Shown piece after piece: positions 49,847 to 63,223 of a DNA stretch of 64,000 nt (within the stretch, counting starts at the first letter, position 1; every line of letters starts with the position of its first letter). A program made the translations under genes and the position numbers. Source of the DNA: Patellaria atrata CBS 101060 (lineage: Eukaryota); NCBI GenBank assembly GCA_010093705.1, contig MU006089.1, positions 2,033,561 to 2,097,560 of the forward strand, written 5' to 3'. The notes under the pieces are model-generated. The model made no database searches and was not told the DNA's origin. It saw nothing but the letters and a program-made list of their open reading frames with translations.

Positions 49847-51077
49847 CTACAAGTGTCGAAAACTCTCATCCTGTACCGTACTGTACCCTGGGATGAAAGG
49901 AGATGACTGGAGGTCAATATCTTCCACCGCATCTGCAAAATCTCGTAGAAACCTCCATCTCGCAATTTCTTTGTATTTTTTCTCCTTCCAAGCATTTAAC
50001 GTCTGGGGAAAGAAACCCAGTATGCCCAGTAAACTTTGGTCGTGCGCCATTGCTACCAGCACATCATCATTCGCGTCAAATTCTTCACAACCTCGCACAG
50101 TCCAAGTAGCTTGCTCTATATCCTTGGGGAAATCTGGTGCAATTTCGTAGAACGGCTCGTCAGCTTTCCTTTTTGGATGCACCCTTTGCAGCAACGAGCC
50201 AGGACAGACACTATGCCGTTCTGGCATCGGATTGGGTTCAATCGTCGTAGGGAGGGGCAAATATTCTGTAGGTCTAAACTCGCCACCATGGTGACAGCAA
50301 TCCCCGCCCATGAAAACGAACGTGTCTGGGTTGTTCGTAACCCGCGCTAAGCCAGCCATGTGGCCAGGAGCATGGCCTGGGGTATCAAGAAGGTAGAAGC
50401 TCCCGTCGCCGAAATAGTCAAAGGCGTTGAAACGACCAATCTTTAATTCTCCCTTTTGCTCCGAGAAAGAGATTTCCCGGAAGTTGCGGTCCTTCCAATA
50501 GGCTTCACTGATAGGCGAGTCTGGATTGGTAGGGTAGGCAGGAAGCAATGCTTCTTTAAAGCCAGGACCTACCACCAAGTCGGTGGAAGAAGGAAAAGTG
50601 CTTACATCGCCGATATGGTCCCAATGATGATGGCTGAGTATAATCGCGTTGATTGAGTCTAGGGATACCCCATTATCCTCGAGAATCTCAGCCACATTCT
50701 TGTCGACGTGTACTTTCCAGCTGTTTTTGGTAATACGATTGACGATGGATGGAGTAAGGTTATTCCAGTCCTTGCGTACACCAAGGTCAAAGAGTAGCTT
50801 CTGGCCTGAATGATGTTGAATTAAGAACGAGATCGCTGGCCCTACGAGCCGTGTTTTGCCTTTAATTTCTGGAAGCAGGAATACATTAATAGGCAAGTCT
50901 ACATGAGCTGTACTGGATGAAAGTTAGCATTCAGTTGCACTATTGCGAGTGGGTGACGTGACTAGGCGTGATCCCTACATACCTATCAATGATCGAAACA
51001 GTGATAGTGACCGAAGACTTCGGGATGTTGAGCCTAGGGGTTTCTCTTGGTGGGACGAGGAAATGATTTGAGGTCAT
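49847..51077 (-). CDS. Metallo-beta-lactamase-fold hydrolase (AHL-lactonase-like fungal family), 2 exons
   Basis: LLFDLGVRKD, SHHHWDHIGD (HxHxDH), DYFGDGSFYLLDTPGHAPGH, GGDCCHH, AMAHD. Confidence 0.92.
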
Positions 51078-51618
51078 AGCTGAGTTTCGTGTCGATTTCA
51101 ATCTTTTATGACGAAGTTTTGCATCTAGGATTGGTTGTCGAAACTATCCCCGTTAATGCGTAAACAGCTCTCCAGTCTTCTGGATGATCAGATTCCGAGG
51201 TGCAGAGACGGGAAACAGAAGGGTTAGAATATTAGTAAGACACACTCTACTATCGTATCTCTTATATCACCACTCCAGTTACTACCTGCCATATCTGAAT
51301 GATCAGAGATATCATACTTGATATAGACATTTACAAGGCGGACCTTGAAACGTTGAAAAAGATACCATTAAAATTGCTGTTTCATTATAAACAGTGTCTT
51401 CAACACCTAATAAAGAGTTATATGGTATCGTAAAAATCATAACATAAACATCAGAAACTCCTGTACCATGGTCGTGATCCGGCAAGTTCAACTCTAGTCA
51501 TATCCACGAAATCAGGATCACTCGTAGCGTGCTTCTAGGCGCCTTGAGTATACCAAGTGATTTTGCTGTTTCGAACTAGGCCACTATAGACTTATTCCAG
51601 TTTTTCGTCCCTGGATTC

Positions 51619-53371
51619 TTAGTGCGGAGGCCCTGAATTACTCTGAACGTTTCCGGTTTCCTCGGGTATATCATTAGATTTTTGAGCTTTGGATATTGCG
51701 CCAGCTGCACGATCGACCCAGCCGTCACCCCTAAGCATCCCAAGACTCTTCCTGACCACGCCACTATTCACTGCTTTGGGATCGATTTCATAGACCGAAT
51801 TCATCACTGCTAGACTCAAAACGAATAATATGACATCACCATTCTTTAGTCCTTTCCACCACCCACGTTTTACGCCAACTTTCCACATGCTGTCGATTGA
51901 CATCCGTGCTGCGTAAAGGAAGTTAGCGCGTCCAGATTTACGTTCCAGGAAAGCCCAAAGACCAGCAATGAATCCACCAAAGAACCATCTTTGGGTGGGA
52001 AGAACATTGCGAGGTAATAAATTGTGGAACAAACAGACCGAACCCCATGTGGAGCCGATAGCTCCGGTTAAGAACACACTCATCTTGAGAATGTTCTTTG
52101 CAAGCCTGTTCAGAGAGCTCATAGGAGCCGTAAGAAAGCTCTTATATTTTGGAATGCTGAGCGCAGCGAACACAAGGGTGAAAAACTGGGTAACCGGAGG
52201 AAACGCCTGGATCCAATATGTTATATATGTCCGAATACATGAGGGGTCGTTTGGGTGAAGAAGAGCACAAGACAATGATTTAATGGCGGGATGCGTTGAA
52301 TCCGTCACAGGTGAAATAGAGGTAAGGGTGGCAGGCAGGGTCTGCTTCGAAGGAAATAGGATGGGGGAAACGAAGACGCTACTTCCAATTAGTGTCATTA
52401 TTACCACTCAAACGTTGAGGATACGAACGGCCAGTGAAGTTTTGACATCTCGGCAAGACCATCAACTATCTCAAAGCTCTCAGGCCACCTTATATGTGAT
52501 GGATAATCTTGTGGTCTTGTTTGTATGTACGTTGGTGATCGGTTTAGGATGAAGCCTCCATATGCCTCGGGGAAACAGTCCCGGTCAAATATAAAGGCGT
52601 GGAGAAGTTGACCACATGCTATTGGCATGATCATCCAGCTCCCAAACCACCACGGCCTCTCTTGAAACCATCCCTTATTTTCTAACCTGTTATAGAGGTG
52701 CTCCAATGCTTTGGTGAAGACATAAATGGCTATGGTAACCCTCAATTGATCACTCGGGGAGACAGCAAGAAGAAAGCCGGAAATACTAGCGCCGATAGCT
52801 GGAGCTAGTCTAGACGTGAGCGTGCGGGCGACACGAGGGTTACGTCTGCGGAAGGCTTTTGCCTCGTCCGTAAGTAACGAGTCACGCAGCCTGAGGAAAA
52901 ATCTGTGAAGAAGCCGATGGAAGAGAAGAATGAGCCCCAATGAACCTGATAGGCGTATTATTGGAGAACTTGAGGGGTTTGCTCTTGGTTTTGTCCTATA
53001 TGGGGTTGGTCAACTTTAGTCGACGATTGACAACTTGTACAGTACACTCACTTGTTGGTGTTGGTCCTCTTTACGAGCTTTCCTATGAGGTATTCCCATC
53101 CTCTGAGAGCCCCATATACACTCACAAAGAGCCTAAAGCTAACCCGTATGGCTGCTGCATTATAGTCATCCTTGCTCTTCACAATGGCTTCATAACGCGG
53201 AGGAGGTGGTGTTTTCTTCCTAACCGCAGGTGCGCGCGAGATTAGATATCGGTGTAGCAATTTATATTCCTTCGCGCTCACGGTATAGCGCAGCGCATTT
53301 CGAATGACCGGGTCAATGTTCTCTGATTTAGGATTTGAGGACGATGAAGAGCCCGAACTAACGGACGACAT
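51619..53371 (-). CDS. TMEM135-like (peroxisomal) integral membrane protein, 3 exons
   Basis: DPVIRNALRYTVSAKEY, RPWWFGSW...GQLLHAFIFDRDCFP, CALLHP, GAIGSTWGSVCLF, ARMSIDSMWKVG. Confidence 0.8.
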
Positions 53372-53835
53372 CTTCACGACATTAACGATTGCACCGTCCC
53401 CAGTATAGATTCAGAATATATGCGACACAGGTATGAATGTTGCAAGGAGGACATTAGATCACGGGACAACGTCTGCTCGAAAGGTCTCGTCAAAGACTGC
53501 TTTCATATCCTCAATGTTTGCTTATCTGGATGTTTGGCGATGGAGTCCAAGAAACTAGGAACCTCGGCTTTGGAGTAACGCCATGTGCATTTAACAATAC
53601 CCCTGGACCATCGGCAGCATCCAACCCCTGGATCGCGTCGGTGCGTCATATGTTTTCTAAACACTATCTTCACTAGTTTATACCAAATCTCATGCAAATA
53701 GAGATATAAGAGCTATGTTCTGAGTTGTACACAAGTATATACAGTACTGCATACAGTGGACCTGCTTCATAAACCAATCTTAACCAATTCAAATTATCCG
53801 CAAATACTTCATTCAGTTGCGTATAATTCCTTGCT

Positions 53836-55483
53836 TTATAATTTAGCTTTCGGGTCAACTTTTATAGATTTCTCTTTCGGTCCGATTAGGGGATCATATA
53901 CACTTAGACCTAACGTATCCGAGGGAACAATGGTGCTATGTAAGCTTAATCCGCGGGTATCCACTAGGGTTGGATTCAGATCTCCTACACTCGAGCATCC
54001 AATTAAGCGCATATTCATTTCCATCTCGTCTTTTAGTAGTTGCATAGCACGGTCAACTCCAGGTAGACCGTATGTCGACATGGCATAGAGGAACGGCCTT
54101 CCGATGCCCACCCCCTTCGCACCTAAGCAAAGAGCCTTGATGATATCGGTTGCCCGTCTGACACCACCGTCGATGTAGATTTCAATGCGGTCTTGCCAAC
54201 CCCTTTCCCGTAGAACTGGCATTACTTCTGCGAGTACTTCGATACCGGATCGGGCGAAATCGAGCTGTCTCCCTCCGTGATTCGAGAGAACGACACCATG
54301 AACGCCCACTTCTATTGCCCGAATAACATCCTCCACGCGCTGTACCCCCTTCAATAGGATCGGCATCTTAGTTATGGACAAAAACCACGGAATATCTTTC
54401 CAACTAAGGCTAGGGTCGATGAATGAAGATATGGCACGAGCGGCTCCTTGGGATCTATCGACATTGTCACCACCGGTGGATTGGACGTTTGACCCTACGT
54501 CCGAGAACTTGCTACGCATGTCTTTCTCGCGACGACCCAGCTGTGGAGCGTCAACGGTAATGAAAAGACCTTTGCAACCACGCTTTTCAGCATGCTGTAC
54601 TATCCGCTTGGTTATGTCGCGATTCTTATTGACCTGATTGGTATGTAAGCATCGTTGAGAACCTCGTAAAGTGACTCCATTCACTCACGTATAGCTGTAA
54701 CCATTGTACTTGGTCTCCTTCAGCGGCATCCATGATTTCGTCAAAAGAACATGATGCTAAAGTTGGAATCATCTGGATGACATTGTGCTTCTTTGCTCCA
54801 CGAGTAAGAATTACTTCTCCCTCCGGATTTCCCAGCTTTCCTAAAGCTGTTGCAGTCACATAGAAGGGGATGTCTACTTTTGTACCTAACATAGTAGTGG
54901 AGAAATCCACCTTTTCCACATCCTCTAAGATTCGGGGTCTAAACCATATCTTATGGAATGCTGAATGGTTCTCTCGCATCGTCTAAGTGAATTAGACACG
55001 ACAATTCACAGTTCGCCATATAGACCATAGGCTACTTACAATTTCGTCATCGGCCCCGCTAGAGTAATACGCCCACGCGGTCTTCTTCATGACCTTTCTC
55101 GCGACGGCTTCGAAATCCATCAGGTTATAGCATTGTTCTAGGATCGGCATCCTCTTGATCCGTTCTTGTCTTGCTTCCTCATCAGGATCCTCTTCTTTCT
55201 GCTCCTTTTTGACAGTATCCATAGCCACTTCTCCCAGATGCTTTGACTTGTCGAGGTATTTCTCCAGCGTATCCGGAGGGTGGATGGGCTCATATTCTTC
55301 GGTAGCATCTTTGCCAGCATAATTGAGTATGATCTTTGGACCTCCTGGATGTTCTGGGAGGAATTCGGTTACATCATAAGCGCGACCGTGAATTATGACC
55401 CAACAAGATTCTCGAGAATTGTGTTTAGCGACCTCTTTTCCCGTGAGCTTCTTGCTCTGAGCGTCATTGCTTGGGTGATTCAT
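53836..55483 (-). CDS. CYB2: Flavocytochrome b2 (L-lactate dehydrogenase, cytochrome), 3 exons
   Basis: Cytochrome b5 domain (HNSRESCW, HPGG), then the FMN alpha-hydroxyacid dehydrogenase motifs AYYSSGADDE, TVDAPQLGRRE, SNHGGRQLD and DGGVRR. It ends in -AKL. Confidence 0.93.
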
Positions 55484-56172
55484 GGTCGAGACAGATGGAA
55501 TAGGATAATAGGGTGGTAATTGGGACCCAGGGAAGACAATGACGCTTTGTAGGATACAGTAAGTGAATCGTGCTCATGGAAGTCTATATAAATAATTGGA
55601 AAAGATGTAATTCGCGATTAGACGAAACCACTATTGGAGGAATACATCTCAAGCAGACCAATTGTCCAGACACCGGGAATGATATGATAAACGGTTTTGC
55701 GCCGACTTTGAAGACTAATAAGGTAAGGTAAAGACGCCGGTTACAGGCTTACAGTACAGTCCGAAATACACGCTACAGCCTCGGCTTAAGGGGATGACGA
55801 TTGCACGGATTATCATAAAATAAATCTGGAGAAGTTCGCGGAGAGATCGCGGGGCAGGAGCCAGTAAGCTATTGCAGAATTATCAGAATGGTGATTGGAT
55901 GAGAAGCGAGATACAGGACGAAGCGTTTCTAGACGGATATCGGGGCTCACTGACAAAAAATTACCATTTCATGTAAGTGCTAGCGTACACAGTTACCGAT
56001 GTAAAAGATCGAAGTTCGGTTCCGAGTCCGATTACGATTCAGCTTTTCGCGATTCATGGCTGCTACGCGCTCTTTTGCTGTCATACTCATACTTCTAGTT
56101 TCCGTCTTCACTTTCCTCCAGTTGTCCAGCTTTCGACTATCAACAAAGACCATCTTACAACAAACCGCAAGA

Positions 56173-56620
56173 ATGGGCATCACTCATATTGTACTTTTCC
56201 AATTCAAGCCATCCGCGAGCTCCGAAGCTATCCAAGACGTGAGTGAACATTTACTACTGCGACCCATGCTGTAGGATTCACTCTTAGCCTATAGGTTTCT
56301 GCCCGTATGCTCGCCTTGAAGGACGGTTGCGTGCATCCAGTGTCTAGAAGACCGTATATCAGGTCCGCGTCTGGCGGTACCGACAATTCTATCGAAAATA
56401 TTCAGGTACGTGAAACGTCTCGTTTCACCCCTCAGCATCCTTTACCCAGCTCATCTCATAGAACGGAATTACGCATGCGTTCATAATGGATTTTGAAAGC
56501 GTTGAAGATCGAGACTACTACGTTAATCAGGATCCCGTTCATCAGGAGTTCAAAGACATTGCTGGCAAAATTCTTGAGAAGGCGCAGGTTGTGGATTTCG
56601 CGAATGGGGTGTTCAAATGA
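56173..56620 (+). CDS. Stress-responsive A/B barrel (Dabb) protein, 3 exons
   Basis: MGITHIVLFQFK..|..LALKDGCVHP...PYIRSASGGTDNS|NGITHAFIMDFESVEDRDYYVNQDPVHQEF. Confidence 0.9.
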
Positions 56621-58867
56621 TATTCTTCTCATTCAAGCGGTATGTGAAATTCATATTTGGATCTAGAAAAGAAGAGGGCATATTGAAGATATTAAACACA
56701 TATCGTATGAGTTAAAATGATAACAAAGTTAGGAAATACGATATTAGAACTTCCTTATTGTCAACACAAAGTAAAACTCGGCTACCAAGATTGATTCACC
56801 GGAACAGCTTTCATGCCTCATAGTTTGAAGAACATAGTCGATGCCAGTAGTCCCAGCCTGATTGTATCCAACAGATTAGCATGCAGTAACCATATGGAGT
56901 GCAGATCCCCTTTCTCCAGCACTAGACCTCCTAGACTTTGTGCTTGGTGAAAAAGGCTCAAGATGCCCATTTATCGGCCTGGATCCAGTTATATTGGGAC
57001 CGTTTCTACCCTGGCAGGTTGCCACCGGTCTGGCAGACCATTCCCTCACGTCCAGCAATCAGAATATCATTTTTACTACTATTCTTGCCATCAAATAGCA
57101 TAAGTCTCAGGTCGTGTGGTGCCAAATATATGGCGCGATACGATGCTCGAAAGTCTTCACTCTAAACTCCTCCCCCGGCAACGTATTCCTTGCCTACTGT
57201 GTTTCCGCTCTCAGTGTGACTCTAACTCTCTGTATAGAAGTCAAAAACGTGCGAACGGTGCCCGAACCGTACGTACGACATGATTGTACAGACAGTGAAG
57301 GTTGTTTTACAATGCGGAATTGGCAAGTCACCAACCGATTGTTACGCAAACGTACAGGGATCGAGGGAAGCCAATCGTAACGGCGGAGGTGATATGTCAG
57401 TGGAAAGAGGATGTTACCCCTATGATGAGGAAAGAGAACGAGTGTGAAATAATAAGTTGAGGCCTATCGAACGAAACTGTCAAAGAGATAAGTTGACCGA
57501 TTGTCAGTATCAGATCGAAGATCTATACAATAAAAAGTGGTAGGGACTACTGCTATAACAATTGTCATCATATAATTTTCACTACTTCCCGTAGTACGGT
57601 GGACCGATTGTACAGTAAGCGATCTACTCTGTACTGTATGCAGACTATGTTTGTCGTCCAGATCATGAGTCACAGTCGAGCAAATTGCTTCATGATAACG
57701 ATGGGTATAGGACTCGTTGTCGGCGACATTTGAAGTATGATGAAACATCGGGGACTTTGAGTTCTTATTCAATGCGGGGAGAGTCGATTTTCGATGTATT
57801 CTGTAGAAGGTCATGGGGTACCTTAGCTGTTCTCCCACGACGTTAAATCCTACGAAGCATAGAGACTTAGAGAGCAGGTGTAAGCGCACGGTGCGAGCGG
57901 CACATGCCTAGCATTGGAGATCATTGTCTTTAGCGACACACTGTACACACATATCTTGTGGGGTACTGTACTTGTAGTACGAAGGTAGGACTATCATATC
58001 ATGACGGGTTTTGTGTAAGGCATCTATAGAGTGGGACCACAGTGGAACATATCTCCAACGATACTCCTCACCGCCAGTGTCTTCACCTCTAGAACCTTTT
58101 CATACGACCGGGAATCCCCTTTACGTCTTTTTCGAGACAAAATTCTCACTTACCTAATTTTAGGCAACGCGGGGGTGACAGGTTCATGTACAACAAAGAC
58201 GATGTACAAAATATGCCTGGAACGATCAGCCGCACGCTGAAGCTACTGCAAGTCTCCTGATAACAAATTATCTAGAACAAAAGATCAACAAAAGGTAACC
58301 CCTCATTTTTTTTCCTACCCACCTCCTTCACGATGAACGATCTCGGAAGCTATGCCTAAGAACAGACGATACTCGTCTTGGTTTCCTATTACTCCACCAC
58401 TCACCTTCTGCTTTTCCTAAAGTCTTCACGGCTAATATTCTGAATCACGAGTTGATATCCCAAAGATGATCTAGATTGCATGTGAACTCGTCGTCTCAGA
58501 CAATGCAGACATCCTACAGTATGCAGATAGAATTAGAGATGGAAGATGAACAGATAACATTGCAGACTCGGAATTACCAGCCGACATATCCGACATCGGG
58601 GTATCCTATCAGAAGCCAAACATCGTGTTATTGTAGGGATGGTAACGGTCGCGCTAACGCGTGTTGCATCTGCATCTGCATCTGTACATTTACATCAGTG
58701 TAATCCATGCATCTGCAGCGCTGCCGTGAGATATTGTATATTCATCTCGTGGGCCGGTAACCAACGGGATAGGAGTATTTTCGTAGTTTGGATGCTCTTT
58801 TAGCGTTGGGAGGGCAGCATACTAGGATACGCGCCCTAATTGCTGCTTATTGTTTCTCAAAGTGGAC

Positions 58868-58894
58868 AGGATGGTGTGGATGGTGTGGATGGTG
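58868..58894. repeat. 9-bp tandem repeat (GGATGGTGT)x3
   Basis: Direct reading of the sequence. Confidence 0.7.
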
Positions 58895-59231
58895 TTCTTA
58901 AAGTCGTTATCGACGATCTCGGGAATCGATAAAAGGTTTGCAAAAGGCATGGAAGTTGGTAGAAAAGTTGGTCAAAGAGTGGAGGTGGGGTTAGAGGTTA
59001 GAGAGCCCTTGAGCCTCAGTAGTAGTGCCTTCCCGGTTCACAGGAATGCCTGCAATAGCCGAGGAATTAGCCAATGATACGCTGCAAAACGGTGGGATCG
59101 CTGCAAACTACAGCCTAATGGGGTAACGTCCCACATCAGGCGACCCAAAGCCTGGACCATCTTTCGATTGGCTTCGGTTGCTCGTTCACCTCATGATTTT
59201 TTTTTTATCTCCCACTACTTTACAGTACTCC

Positions 59232-59264
59232 CCTACCTTACCTACCTTACCTACCTTACCTTAC
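59232..59264. repeat. 9-bp tandem repeat (CCTACCTTA)x3+
   Basis: Direct reading; it lies upstream of the MFS gene. Confidence 0.7.
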
Positions 59265-59698
59265 TATTCCACTTACTACTACTGCCGTCAAATTTTTGGG
59301 GAAGCCACCGACAATTTGTGCGTGGAACGGTGGCACTTGCTTGAATAAGAATAATAGCGGGGCGATCTTTCCCGTTCATCAGACCAGACCGGCCCTGTCA
59401 GTTCTAAAAGAGATAACAATTGCTTCCTCCCACCTTTTCTACTTCCTCTCCTCTTTTTTTTCCTCCACCTCCCTAAATCTCAACTCACCATCCTTAGTTA
59501 CACCTGGTGGCCTTCATTGTGCTTCCATACAGTATCTGAAATTCAGCCGTCATTTCTCTTAGACTCTTTTTCAAATACATTGGGCTACAAGGCCAAACGT
59601 CTCTGAATTTGCTCGGTTCGTACTCTGTCAAAGAACAGAAAGCAGCTTGCTCTCGACGTGTTGGTACAACCGTAAGATCAAAACCAGGTTGAAGAGAC

Positions 59699-61511
59699 AT
59701 GTTTCTTACACGGCAGCGAAGAACTCCTCGAGATCCAGCAAAATTTCCCACAACCCAACTCTTTCTACTAGGTAAGCTTTCTATAATCCGTTCGGCATTG
59801 GTTCCCATTTTCTCCAAGCACGAAATACTTACCATATTGCCGAATTCTCTTGATTATTTGAATTGGGTTGTTTAATTTCTTCTTCCGTTCAATTTCATGG
59901 ACAGCAGCTGATTAGCAACCAGCAATAGTCAGAGTTGCAGAGCCTATTGCTCTCACATCAATCTTCCCCTATGCCTGGAAATTAGTCCTCAATTACAATG
60001 TTACGGACGAGCATAATGCAGCCTTCTACGCGGGGATTCTCATCTCAGCTTTCTCTCTCGCTGAAGCATGTACGGGCATGTACTGGGGCGGTCTATCAGA
60101 CCGTGTAGGCCGTAAACCCGTTCTTTTGTTTGGCTGTTTTGGCACTCTCCTATCCCTCCTCGTCGTTGGCCTTGCCCCTAACTTCTGGATTGCCCTTCTT
60201 GGTCGTATCTTGGGTGGTCTCCTCAATGGAAATATTGGCGTGATACAGACCATGGTTGGTGAGCTTGTCGGCGACCGAAAGGAACACGAACCGAAAGCTT
60301 ATGCTGTTATGCCTTTCGTATGGTCTATCGGAACCATCATTGGGCCTTCCATTGGTGGCTATTTCGCAGAGCCTCGGGATAATTTCCCCAGCGTCATCTC
60401 ATCTAAGAATATTTTTGCTATCTTCCCTTACCTACTTCCCAATCTCATCTGCGCTCTCATGCTTTTCGTTTCGATCATCGCAGGATACCTGTTCCTCGAC
60501 GAAACTCACCCGGATATGCAACCATGGAGCACAGCTGCAGACCTAGACAACACAGCAGCCGAGACTCCACTGCTACCGGCTGCTGGCTCAACTGCACACG
60601 CTCCGGCTAACCTTACTGCTGAGTCTTACGGAACATTTGATTCAGTTGCTGTCGAGGAGCATCACACATGGCATGTCAGGTCAGATGGAAGGCCACTCTC
60701 GGTCAAGTCGGACGCTTCATCTGCCAAGGAGAAAGTCTTTACCAGGCAAGTCGTTATGCTAGTCATTGCTCTAGGTATCTTCACATACCATAGTATGACT
60801 TACGACCATCTTCTGCCCATTTTTTTCCAGGACGAATGGAAGGAAGATATTTCCGCTATGATCGTTTCTGGTAAATTTGCCGGTGGCCTCGGTATGAGTG
60901 TCCAACAGGTCGGCGTCATCATGAGCCTCAATGGTATTATCGCTATGTTCATACAAGCCGTCGTCTTTCCTATAATGGCTTCTTGGCTTGGTGTTTGGAG
61001 ACTATTTGTACTCGTTACTGTTGGCCATCCCATCGCTTATTTCGTTGTTCCATACCTCGTGGTGGTTCCGTACGAGTGGTTGTACACTGCCGTCTATACC
61101 TGCCTTACTATCCGAAACTTCTTCTCTATCATCGCATATCCCCTACTTTTGATACTTCTGAAGGAAGCCTCCCCGGGACCCTCTTACTTAGGAAAGATCA
61201 ATGGTCTGGCTGCTAGCACTGGCGCTGCTTGCCGCACCATAGCTTGTCCAATTGCTGGAATCATCTATGGTATCGGTAGCAGAATTGATTTCACAGCACT
61301 TGCCTGGTGGGTCAGTGCTATCGTTGCCATCGTCGGAGCTGGTCAGGTTGCATTCATCCAACAGCAACAGAACAAGACGACCCACGTCCGCTCTGCTGTC
61401 CCCTGCATAGTAAACCCTCAGGAGATTGTCAAGCATGAGGTTATTCATATCGCTGTAGATGATGTTGAGCGTCCTGGGCATACTGATCATGTCCGTGTTG
61501 AGGAGGTGTAG
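59699..61511 (+). CDS. MFS transporter (Ycr023c/ZIFL-like), 2 exons
   Basis: FPTTQLFLL|AIVRVAEPIALTSIFPY, WGGLSDRVGRKPVLL, GGLLNGNIGV, PYLLPNL, LGKINGLA. Confidence 0.92.
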
Positions 61512-62052
61512 ATGGTTATCTTAACTGGGATATGGTTCCAATCGGGATCCCGGGTGGTGAAGAGGGGAATAAAATAGGTTATTGGGAGAGCGGATCGGAT
61601 AATGATTTTACGGCTCAATCACGATATCACGTCCTTTACGGCCGCGCGCGATAGGCATTATCGTTTGTTTTTTGAGCAAGGCGTTCTTAGGTCTTGTCTG
61701 CGGCGTTCAAGCGATCGGTGCAAGCATTGAAGCGCTCTGGTTATTATTATCATATTTTTATCATGCATTGGGGGCGTTTTGATTTTGCGATTCAGTTTTG
61801 ACAGTTTAGGTTTGATGCGTTCAGTATTAAGATAGCATCTTAAATAAGAATTATAATTGCAAAATTTCTCTTAGCAAAACATTCGGTCCTTGTCTCTAGA
61901 AGTTGTGTAGGACCTAAATAATTGATACGGTACTGTAGCTATCTCTAATTCTCGAGCATCCGAGTGCTGTTTGGAAAAGAGTTGATGTACTCATACATGT
62001 CCAAAATCTTCGCATGATGTTAATATATACCTCATCGATACTTGCTTAAACG

Positions 62053-62520
62053 CAAGATTTATTTTTGGTCATGTGCTTAACGGTTAGTAGAAGGAGAGAT
62101 TGCTATAAGTATCTAAAATCTCAGTGAAAAATCTCGAAGATCCAGACTATAAGGTTCTTTTTTGGGTGAAGTTGTGGAAGTTCAGTTTCTCTGGAGACGT
62201 GGTTAGAGGTAACGTGACTCTATTTTCCATCACGCTTCCAGAAAACTGAACTTTATACTACCTCACCTAAAAATTTCATATTGCATACCAATCTTCGAGA
62301 TTTCTCGAGGAGATTATAGATAACTATTTAAGCAAATGACCAAAAAAAAAAAAGAAAAATCACGCTCTTTCTAAGAACGTCTCAAGGACTATTTCATACC
62401 AAGATCGATACGAAAGATGTCCGTGCACGTAACCTAAGCATATCCTAGATCTTAGCATAAAAAGAATTTTAGTCCTTTGAAAACGTCAAGATTTTTTTTG
62501 GTCATTGGCTTAGAAAGAAG
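62053..62520. repeat. Compound degenerate foldback (MITE-like) element
   Basis: Nested inverted blocks centred near 62213, plus a second hairpin at 62328-62515 that shares the TAAGCAAATGACCAAAAA module. Confidence 0.7.
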
Positions 62521-62860
62521 TAAAAGGGGAATCGGCGCAGTTATCTAAAGCCGCGATGAAAAGTCTTAAAGATCGATATGCGATGGAGACGTTATTGATA
62601 TTTCACTTTTGCGCAGTGGTGAAGCAGAAATACTGCTAATCGGCCGAACTTCAACCGATCTCGAATCCCCGTGCATTCCCAAAAGATTCCCCATCCGACA
62701 GACACAGAACAGAACAGAATAAGCTACCCATTCATCGCCCACACAATCCCGTGCTCCTACCATCACCGCTCCCATCGCATCCTCCGCAACTCCACAACCT
62801 CACACGCCCACCTCACCGGGTCCCCATTCGAAAAACCAACTCGACCGATCAGCACACACG

Positions 62861-63223
62861 ATGCCCCCCAAAGGTATCGCCAGCATCCAACGCCGCGGCC
62901 ACGGCAGAGAGCAACCCGGCTACGCGCGCACGGCGCTGAGCGCGCTCGTCGCGCAGGAGAACCGCAGCGTCGTAATTGCTGTGGGGGTTTTTGCTGTGAG
63001 TTTTGCTTTCTCCTTATTATCTAATATGATTTGGAACACGTTTGGGTTCAGGGATGAGACGGGATGAAGTTGGGTTTTAGTCGTTAGGTGTTAGATAAAG
63101 GGAGAGGAAGGAGGATGATACCGTGTTGATGCTTCTGGAGTGTGAGTGAGAGCTAATTTTTGAGGACAGGCGGCGGTTACCTTCTTCCATAGCAATTGGA
63201 GCGAGATTTTGATCCCCGCGTGA
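62861..63223 (+). CDS. TOM6: Mitochondrial import receptor subunit Tom6, 2 exons
   Basis: MPPK...ALVAQENRSVVIAVGVFA|AAVTFFHSNWSEILIPA*, with the characteristic EN-x-SVV...FA...F-x-x-S-x-W pattern. Intron at ~62996-63169. Confidence 0.82.

Noticed and set aside
56650..59690. 3-kb ORF-poor region with short ORFs (e.g. 57464-57889)
   Set aside because: No recognisable protein or RNA motif. It is probably the long upstream region of the MFS gene, with microsatellites.
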